Source: Zygnema circumcarinatum SAG 698-1b (Eukaryota; Plantae; Zygnematophyceae). Taken from it: a stretch of 64,000 bases of DNA. Shown piece by piece: positions 54,752-64,000 of this stretch (its first letter is position 1; each line of letters begins with the position of its first letter). The position numbers and the translations under genes are program-made. Below the pieces are notes generated by a model. That model did not search any database. It had not been told where the DNA came from and worked only from the letters and a program-made list of their open reading frames with translations. Location of the stretch: positions 1,922,001 through 1,986,000 of the forward strand of contig CM074804.1 of the NCBI GenBank assembly GCA_037447605.1, given 5' to 3'.

Positions 54752-57156
54752 CTACTTCCAGGGCCATCCTTTGGCGTCCTTCCATACAAACGCGCAGCCT
54801 GAGGGCCGCCCTTCGCCGCTCGCCCGTCCGCAGCCCCCCCGCGGCTTCAGGTCCGCCTCCGCCTCCGCCTCCGCCTCCTCGGGGAGCCCCTCCTCCTCCG
54901 CGCCGGCTTGCAAGGGTGGATGGCGCTCCGCACTGTTGCGGACGATGACACGCTCCCGATATGCGTCTCCGTCTGCATACTTGGGATGCTCGCAGAGGGG
55001 AACACCTTTCCACCATAAAAGAAATGCCTGCAGGCAAGTGAAGCCCAGACCTAAGTTCAGATGAGCCATTCTTGCACGATTCCATGTTATTCATGAGGCA
55101 TTCAAATAGCCAAGAATGCGCCTTGCCTCTTTTTCAGGTTAGCAACTGCTTTCTAGACACGTTCCAGTGAGATAATGAAACTGAAGCGGAGTGCTCCTTC
55201 ACGAAGCCGGATCACAAGAAGTGTTCTCAAAACTTTCTATAGAGACGCCAAGCAGAAACATTGGAGAGGTTGAAGCATATTCAACGATGGAGGAAGTACC
55301 TGCCAGTAGATCCAAAACGCTACACAGTGAGGCTGAAGCCAAAGAAACCACTCGGGATGGACTGCCGTAGCGACTTTCCGACCGTTCAGTGTCGCAGTGA
55401 AGTAGTTACCCATTTTTGGGTGTGATACGGTTATCGCCAAGTGTAATGTATCTCTTGGATCGGACGTATGAAATTTCCATGTTGATTTCATGTCCTATCC
55501 ACAAGAGTAGAACAACATCTATGCAGTTTATACCCACGAATACTCACGCAAGGGTGTTCACTTCGGCATGCATGCAAAGCTGTCAAGTTTGTTTCTTCGA
55601 GAATGTGACATTCCTCCGCAAGCTTAAGAATTTTTGTGTTCTATTCACATTAGACCCCGCAATCAAACGCATTCAAAACTTCCAAGTTTAGAAAGCAATC
55701 ACCAGAAGCCGCTTCTCTAAAGCCGCTAAATAGCTGTAAGATAGCCCACAACCGGCTATGCCGCTGCCTCCAGCCCACTTGCCTCACACAGGCTCACCCA
55801 GGCGATCCCGCAAGCCTCACACATACACAACCTCACAAAGCACACTATACTTATGCACCCCTCCGCAGTGCCAGGCAGCAACCTCTGATTTCTCAGAGAG
55901 TATGGGACCAGAAAGCCGGAGCTTCAGCTCTCTCTCTCTTTCCCCCGGGAAGAGAAGATCCTGATCTCTTCTCCTCATTAACAGTTAATATGTCCTGAAG
56001 GAGGGACAAACTGTGCTCACCATGAAGGGGCTCACATGAAGCGGTTTCGGCAATCCATCTCGTGGATCAAATGTGAAAATGCAGCACTCCCCCCAAGGTG
56101 TGTTGGTCACCTGCTTGAAGGAAGTTCCAAGAAATGCACCTCAAGGCAGCCTCATTGCTGATTATACCACAAGGAAGCAGTTGCTCGCAGTTCAGTTTAC
56201 AGAAAGTAGCTCCTTAATTTGTCTGGAAACCTGATAGAAATAGTTCTTGCTCCGCACATGGATGTACGCTCAGCTAGAGCAACATGTGTTCGAATGGATT
56301 TATGCCAATTGGCGATCACGTTTGTAGAAAAATCAAAACAAAGGATGCTATAAAGGATGGGGAGAGATATTAACCTCGGCAATGCATTTGGCCAAGTGCT
56401 GCTTCCCATCCACTCCCTTATTGTAGCAATAGAAGACGCTAATCGGGTTTTGCTCGTAGCCAACGCTCTCAGGATTTGTCAACAGACGCCTGGAAGCTAA
56501 GTGAAGGAAATACCCTGCGCTTTAAAATTTATTAGGAATAGCAACCGAAACGACTCCAACTCGAAACACTCGAAAGGTTTCACAGTTCTAACAATCACTC
56601 TTTTAAAACTACGCACGACGAACGAGCAAACTCAGGCATTCTTACAAGCTCCGCTTCCTTTGGCCACTCAGCATAAAACAAGTGACAATCAGATAAAAAT
56701 GGTCCTCAATGAGGGAGGCGGATACACAGGTCCAGCAGTCCCTGAAAGTTCTCGTGCTTCAGCTGCGCTCATGTGGTGCCGGAGAGAAGGCTGGAACCAG
56801 TGCGGAGGGCGGTCCATGTCCACGACAGCCATGCGCACGTTGTAACTGAACCCGTGTCGTACAGGATGCTGGCGTACATGACGGACGACTCCTTCATAGA
56901 GAGAAGTTCCTCCTTCCCCTTCCTCTTCCTCCGTCACCTCCTCTTCCAGCTCTCCGCCTCCACCTTTACTCGCTTCATACCCTCTGTGCTTGTGCCTTCT
57001 TTTCTCGTGCAGGGGTTCTGCATGGCGAGAAGAGAGCAACCGCGATTTGGCAGTTGATAGAAGTAAGAGAAGAGAGGCGTACGCAGATGTGAGCACATTG
57101 TGCAGCGCGGCGAGGAGCAGAGAAAGCGCGAAAGCCGCGGCACTAGGGTGCGCCAT
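54752..57156 (-). CDS. DUF1365 family protein
   Basis: Five exons, ATG at 57156. Motifs LYEGVVRHVRQHPVRHGFSY, LLTNPESVGYEQNPISVFYCY, EVTNTPWGE, KPLHVSPFM, AFWIYWQAFLLWWKGVP, WKDAKGWPWK*. Confidence 0.88.
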
Positions 57157-58028
57157 GTCGGTGGCGGGGGACGCCCGCCCTCTCTCTCGCTCTCTCTCTC
57201 TCCCTGCGCCTCCGCGTGACTGGAGAGGAGAGGAGAGGTGCGCTCGTTCCAGCCAGACTGCAGGAAACTTCTGCTGTACACGCAGCCAGGAGCGAGTCCG
57301 GTACGCGCACTGCCGTGTGCCGGTACCGCGATTCGCACAACGCCCGCCCGGGGGGCGACCGGGCAGTCGGTGCACTTGCCAACCCTAAAACCAAGGGAGG
57401 GCCGGAGGGAGGGAGAGGGAGAGGGAGTGGGAGAGGGCGATCGAGGCTGAGGGGATGAACATGGCGCGCTTTCTGCTTTTGGGATACAAATGACAATGGC
57501 AGGCAGGCAGGCAGGCAGGCAGGAAGGGTTACATTTCTTTTTGGAAAAAGGAACTCAGCGGGACATCCGTGCGATTTTCTGCGTGACAGGCAATGAACAT
57601 CCCGCGCATAACATACCGTACGCAAGGAAAATTTCATTGAACTCACGATACCGTATGCGGTCTCTGTAAAAACAATTTTCAGTAACACTGAACAACAACC
57701 GTCCTTCCGATTTTGTTTGATAGTCTGACATCTCCTGATTGGCAAAACCACCCTCGGAAGAGGCGAGTGAGACGCTGAACGTGACCTCGTAATAAGACGG
57801 GCAATCCGGAATTGCCTGCGACGTGACAGAACATGGTGGGTCAAAGCGAACAAACACCCTTCCCCTTCAACTTTGCACTCTTCATAAGACTAATAGCAAA
57901 GTTGTGCAATTAATTAATCGACAAAAACGTATCGAGCACAGCGTTACGCTACGACATTCAATACAGTCTAGAACGAATAAATGTAGAAATCTAAAATATT
58001 GGCAATCGCTCTTTAGCCAGAGAATCAA

Positions 58029-61000
58029 CTATCGGCCAAAAGTTGAGCATTTCTGTATACACCGCACTGTGTCGTTGTTCACTCGTAAAGATCGAGCAAC
58101 CACAGCATGAGATGAGCCTCGTCTGCCACAAAGAAAACAAAGCAATAAACCGTGAGTATACAAATCTTTAATGAATGCATGGCAATACAGCGAAAAATGA
58201 GACATTGGGTCTCGGAAAGGGGTAAGGGGAGAGTGAAGTTCGACGGAGAGGGTTGCAAGGGAGAGTGACAAAGGTGCCTACTAATGTACATTAGACCTTT
58301 CTCAGCGCAAGTCCTATATTCGTGTCCCTCTATTAGGTTTACCTATTCTGGAAATTAGGGTTAGGAGCTTTCTATTATTCACATGATGTATCACACAAAC
58401 CCACAACCACAAGCGCCCTTCTGACCCCTCTCGCCCACGGACGCTCACCGACTGCCTGCATCGCACGTGCCCTCCTGCGCTCCCTGAAGCATGCAGCCCA
58501 CATATGCAGCATACTCGTGGCAGGCGCCTCTGGCGGCACACAATCTCCTCGCTGGGGGCACAATCTCACCCACACTCCGTTCCAAAAGCCTGCATCGTTT
58601 GCCCCTGCTAAACAAAGAAAGCCACAAATGAAGATCCCTGGACCTGTCATCTACCTCTCAAGATTCACGAGACTCGTCACAAACAGTACATGCTGGTCTG
58701 CATATGGACAACACTACTCCGTCGCCATGATTACATTCGAGTCCGTAAACCAGCAAAAATGGAGAAACCAGAAAACCAGACTACCAGATTGCGTCTGCTA
58801 AAAAATAAAGCTGACAGAATGGGCACCAAAAACCTCGCCAAGCGCTCTGCTACCCCTGCAACTCACCAGGTCTTCTCCATATCGAAGAGTGCTGCTCCCG
58901 TTACTGCGAGCTCCGCTTCCGGCAGCGCCCCTTCTGCATCGTCTTCCAGCAGAGGGCTCGGCTCCCTCCCATCGGCTGCTTGTTGCGGTATCTCCCTCCC
59001 ACAGGGAGATTCCGGGCCCTTCCGGAGCTTCTTATTGGGCAGCGGAGTTGGACGGCAGCAAGCAGAGGCAGCCTCGACGAGGAGCACCGCAGCTTCTGCT
59101 GCCTCCGCAGAGGCCCTTCTGTTCCAGCTGTCCGGGAGGCTTCGTCCTGACCATGTGCTGCAAGGCTGTTGGAATGGCAGATCAGCCTGCAGTCCAGTTA
59201 AACCAAACAAGTCAGAACAAGGTTTTCAAGAATGGGCTGCTGCCATAGGCAGCAATGTGATAGGCCACATAATTAAGGCAGGTGAACTCCAGACTTTCAG
59301 ATGATGCTCAGATACAAAAGACCAACCACCTGTTCTGTACTTCGTCTTGAGGAAGGCTCACCATGGTGGCAAAGCACTCCAAGCTCGATAAGACATCCGC
59401 ATCAGAAATGCTCTGCACTATCCCAGCGACAGTTTCCAGAATACCCTCGTTCTGTCTAAAAGTTGCCTCAATCAAATGCTGCCAAGCATCTCTCTCCCCC
59501 AGCATGGACTTCCATACTCTCTCAACAGTTACAGGATTGGCTTCTCGAATGTCTTCTGTAGCGTCCGCAAGGACAGCCCCTTCAGTGCTCATCTCACGCG
59601 GCTGCTCATTTCCATTTGTCAGCTGTGCATCCACAGAGAGCGAGTCTGGTTTTGGGGAAAGGTTAACAACACTCTCAACCTCCTCGGTCGGCCTTGCTTG
59701 ATGACAACACGGCGCTACATCACCAGCATGAAAAGAGTCATTTAAAGTTTCCGCTCTCTGCTGCTGGACCTTGTTGCCTACACCATGTTCCGTTGTGATT
59801 CCATATTCAGTGCTCGCTACTACTGTCTGCTGTTCCCCAAGTATACAAGGCAATCCAATTTGTTGGAAAGATCCGCTGCCGTCGATCCAGCCCTTATCAT
59901 GTGCCAGTTCACCCTTATCCTCTCTCTGCATTGGTTCCTCTTCTAGGTCGCATGACGAAAGAGCTTTGTCATTCTCAACGTCAACCATTGGCTTAGAAGT
60001 AAGCACAAAAGATGAATATAATTCGTCCCTGGCTGCAGGAATCTGCTGCGACAGACTATTAAAAGAAGAGAGCTGATACTCGGCCTTCTTAAGTAGATGT
60101 TGGACGAAATCATCTGTCATTGCCTTCCGTCCCTCATTTGATTCCTCACCCGGCCTTTCCCCATCCTGTAGACACTTTGCTGCACATAAGATCACTTCCC
60201 CTGTGCCCTTCACAGGACATTCCGCCTTTGACATTCCATTGATGACCGACTCCAATTGCTCCCCTCGCACATCCGAAGTTTCCGCTCTACACCATTTTTC
60301 AACATCACTCATCCCCAAATCCTTTGAATCATTCAACAAAAAGCTGCTGATTCCTTCCACCCCTTCTGCTCGACCTCTGGCAGTATCCTCTGCCCTGCAA
60401 CCAGCCTCCTCGTTTAGACAACGAAGTCGCATAGAAGGCAGTTTGCCGACAGCTTTACCTGCTGCGATTTCACCTACTTTTGATTCTAACAAGACAATGC
60501 CGTTTCTTCTTTCAAAGTCGTCGTCCTCGGTGTCCCTGTCAAAGCGCTCCTTTTCCCCATCCCTCTTACTTACATCGTTAATCTGTAAACAGATGGCCCC
60601 ATTGTCACTTCTCGTGTCCTCTACTGTCACGCCTGCTGTTTGGTGACTGATTTCGCAAAGGCCAACATCAGGCTCACTCTTGACCATTCCTACTCCCTCA
60701 TCTACAGAACTCCCTCTATAAAGCCCTGTGTCAACAAGGTTTCGCAACCTCTGTTCTTTCACCTCCGAAGGAGCTGGCAGACGCGTGTTGACCAGATGGC
60801 CATCGGAGGCTTGCCTATCAATACCATCTACACGGCCAGTTTGTTTCGACATATGTACCGGTTCAGGTCCTTGGTGCTGTGCATTATGCAGCATGCACAA
60901 AGGACAAAACCACTTTCCTGATGGCAGTTCGAGGATTTTGGGATCCAAACATTCCATGTGCCAGCCTGCATTGCAACTATCACATAGAAGCATAGTCTCC

Positions 61001-64000
61001 TCCGGTTCTGGCTTTTTACAAATCTCACAGGCCTTGTCATCATCCACCGCCTTTGGAGACATTTGCACTCCCTTTTTCTGCCTTTTCAATTTGGATCTTC
61101 GCCTCTTCATGTTGCCTATACGTGCTATTCTTTTTGAAATGCCCAGCTTCTCGTCGCCACTAATCTCCGTGGCCGTACTCGAACCAATCGATCGCCCACT
61201 CCCAGGGCCTGCTTGCACTGCGTCGTCCCTGTTCACCTCAAAGAGTGGGAGCATAGGAGCTCCAAGCCCAGGGCAAGTACCTGTCGATGTTTCATTTTCC
61301 ATAGCAGAATTGCATATCCATCCGACTAAATAGCCAGAAAGTAACTTTTGTTTTGTTCTTTCTTTTACATAGCCTTCCAAGTTTGACGGTGGCTTGCCAT
61401 CGCCTACTTTCTCGAGATTCTCTGACTCTGTCAGCGCACAAAGCATTCTTGTTTCTCGTTTTCCTTGTCTTTGCTCGTGTTCCGGTCTCGACAATGATTC
61501 ATCCTTGCTCCCACAGTTAAGTCCGGTTCCTGACTTCTCCATCAACTGGTTTTCCCTCGGCACTGCCGGTCGTCCCCCCTCTTTCTGCCCTTCCTGCTCA
61601 TTTGTCAGTTTTGCAGTTGTTTTGGTTTGCCCCTCAAGTTGTGCCCTGCGTGCTGCCGCCTTCGCCTTGCGCTCCTGCTTTCGCAGTAGTGCAGCGGCCT
61701 CCAATCTCTTTCTTTCTGCCAACATGGTCTGCATTGCCAGCTGAGCAGAAGCCATCTCTGCCGCCTGTTGCTCCTCCTGCACTGTTTTTGTGATCTTTTC
61801 ATTCACTATCACAGGCAATGGACAAGAACAAGCAACATCAAAGAAATGGGATAGCGCCCTGTGCTGAATCTCATGGTAAGGAACTTCCCCAACGTCCACT
61901 GGCCATCCATCAATGGAAGTCGTGGTTCCTAAGCCTCTGGCTTTGGAATAACCTCCACCTTGTCGACTCCTAGATAAGGGCCAGTCCTTGATCTGACACC
62001 CGTCTTCATTGGTTGACATTGGTTCTGCTGACTCGAACGCTGCGGCTAGCAACTCATTATTGAACTGAGTTATGTTTGCTTCTTCAGATGCTGCAAACGG
62101 CTTTGAATCACATGTTTTCTCCTGTTTTTCTTCAACCAATGGCCCCACATCTTGTATTAAAGCCTCTTCTGCACCTGCACCACAAGTATCCCTCAATTGC
62201 AAGGGCCCTTGCGCCATCTGTCCCCAGAACTGAAAAACGAGCAGCAGCCTTCGGAGGTCATGGCTGCAGCTATAAATCATGTGCTCCATAAGCGAAGGGG
62301 GAGGCTGCAAGGCTTCCGCAGCTGCTACCTGCATCCCAGCAGCGGCGATCAACAATCATAAACAAATTGTTACCTGTGAACACACAGAACTAACTGTCAC
62401 ACCGGAAAAAAAGAAGATAAAACCACATGTAAGGCATGGCATTACACAGATACCATTGTTTGCTCGGTTTGTAACATGTAGAACTAGGAATCCATCTGCA
62501 AAGAATGAGACTGTCAAAAAGGCAGCAACTCACCATGGCAGTCTGCAGAAATAGTTCTCGCGTGCGGGGAGTCTGGAACTCCACATGATGTCGGAGGAGT
62601 GCTGCTGGCAGGGACGGGTTTGAAACTGCAAAGGACCCACCTGGGACGAAATTTCAGTTTGCTCTCCTTGTGTGCAGTCATACATGCAGCATAATGAGAA
62701 GAAGCATCACCTTGTCAAAATACTTGAGTTTACATTCGTCTGAAACCATCAAAGCATTGACCCCAAGTCATTACTGCAGCATCAGATACGAAATTAAATT
62801 GCACGAGTTGACTACAAACACACCACTGGTTGCTGCACTTTGTTGGAAAAAAGTAACCTCCAAATCTAATATGCAAAGTATGCAATCAGGTTTCATGAGC
62901 CACAAAAAAAGGGCCACTCTGAGGCCTGTGTAAAGTTCCACTAAACGTTCTACAAAGTTGCTGAAGTTGACTTTTCTCTGAACTAACCGTTGCTCATGAG
63001 AATGATGGGTCTCTTCTTGCTGGCAGCGAGGTGTATGAGCGCTGCTGTGAAGCCCTTATCCTCCTCGAGAAGCACATCCGCCTCCTCAAACAGCATCATG
63101 GACATCATTGGGCCGAGGTCATCCCCTGATCACATACATAGAGAATGAGGATTCAAGGAAGGCTGATTAGCAAAGCGACCATTGCACAGGTTGTCGTTTC
63201 TCATCCTCCAGACCATTGGCTGAAAAAGCCATGTGAAAACCTTGAAATACGGGCACTGACCTCAGCAGTGTCTTTCAAATTCCTACCTGGAGTCGGAGTA
63301 GTACCGGTTATTGAAACTGAGGTCGTAACTTCTGATTCATTTTCGTTGGTCGTTGTAATTTTGGTTTTTCCCCTTTTAGACGACCCCATAACACTGCTCC
63401 ACTTTTCCGATGTAGACATGGCTCCTGCATTGTAGCTGGAATGTACCACCTCTGTCAGTTGGCACGTGCTGATCACTACTGCTGCGCAGCATTACAAGCC
63501 ACAAATGGCAAAGCGCGAGAAGGGAACCACGTTTTCTACACACAAACTGCCAATCGCCAGATCAACTGACATCCAGTGCATTGATATCACGACACAAAGG
63601 AAGATTCAACTATTGCTTCTAGTATGACAGGCAAATGATATCACGGATTGCTGCAGTTGCGTCGGAAACTATAAAAGAATTGCTTTCACAAATGACCCGG
63701 ATTAAGCTTGCTGTCTCTTCCCACAGACAAGACCAATGAAGAGTGAAACCTAGAATCAGACATTCTTTCTAATTGAAAGCGAAGTTGAGCTTGCACTACG
63801 TTCAAATAGCTTACCGTCTCTTTAATCCGTGTGACTCTGTCGCCTCCCCAAAGCGGTGCCGTACGAGATTTCCACTCCTGCAATCTGATGCGTTGATCTG
63901 CAACAGTGAACACACCGGTTCCATCATCCATCGAATTGACGAGCAGTTTTCCAAAACTTTCTTCTTGAGAAGTTCTATCCATTCTGAACTGGCTATGCTA
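58029..64000 (-). CDS. ATAD5: ELG1/ATAD5-like RFC large subunit (PCNA unloader) with an internal PHD finger; 5' end outside the window
   Basis: Exons encode MLFEEADVLLEEDKGFTAALIHLAASKKRPIILMSN (Walker B plus KRPIIL), NPSLP...EFQTP...LQTAMVAAAE and CSHDLRRLLLVFQFW, plus a ~3-kb exon (about 62330-59341). The 3' exons are inferred: 59190-58870 (approximate), 58589-58449 (ACHEYAAYV) and 58122-58029. Confidence 0.8.
60895..61032 (-). other. PHD finger (C4HC3) coding segment within the ELG1-like gene
   Basis: ACEICKKPEPEETMLLCDSCNAGWHMECLDPKILELPSGKWFCPLC, in frame within ORF 59308-62355. Confidence 0.93.

Overview
Intron-rich eukaryotic DNA of green-plant type, most likely a streptophyte alga. 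This is inferred from myosin XI, plant-position actin introns, plant-type HDS and BS14/Bet1; the species cannot be determined from the sequence. There are three 10-N assembly gaps. Exons were joined by hand for ten genes. In order: DNA polymerase eta (-, 5' part only), a divergent actin (+), a Bet1/BS14 Golgi SNARE (-), a short-necked myosin XI (+, 29 exons, about 1389 aa), a Sec14/CRAL-TRIO protein (+), HDS/IspG (+), plastid-type UMP kinase (-), a WW-domain DEAD-box helicase of the DRH1/RH14 group (-), a DUF1365 protein (-), and an ELG1/ATAD5-like protein with an embedded PHD finger (-, 5' end outside the window). Three DNA-transposon families are defined by terminal inverted repeats (TIRs) and 8-bp target-site duplications (TSDs). 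One is a 4.3-kb element with arms made of tandem palindromes, plus its 377-bp MITE. One is a ~1-kb foldback element in two copies. One is an 885-bp hAT-type MITE. The strongest leads are (1) a linked divergent actin and divergent myosin XI with apparently reciprocal charge changes at their interface, (2) the ELG1-PHD fusion, and (3) the palindrome-armed transposon with unidentified coding cargo in the Pol eta promoter. No rRNA, tRNA or true CRISPR array was seen. Protein-family assignments rest on recalled motifs, not database searches.
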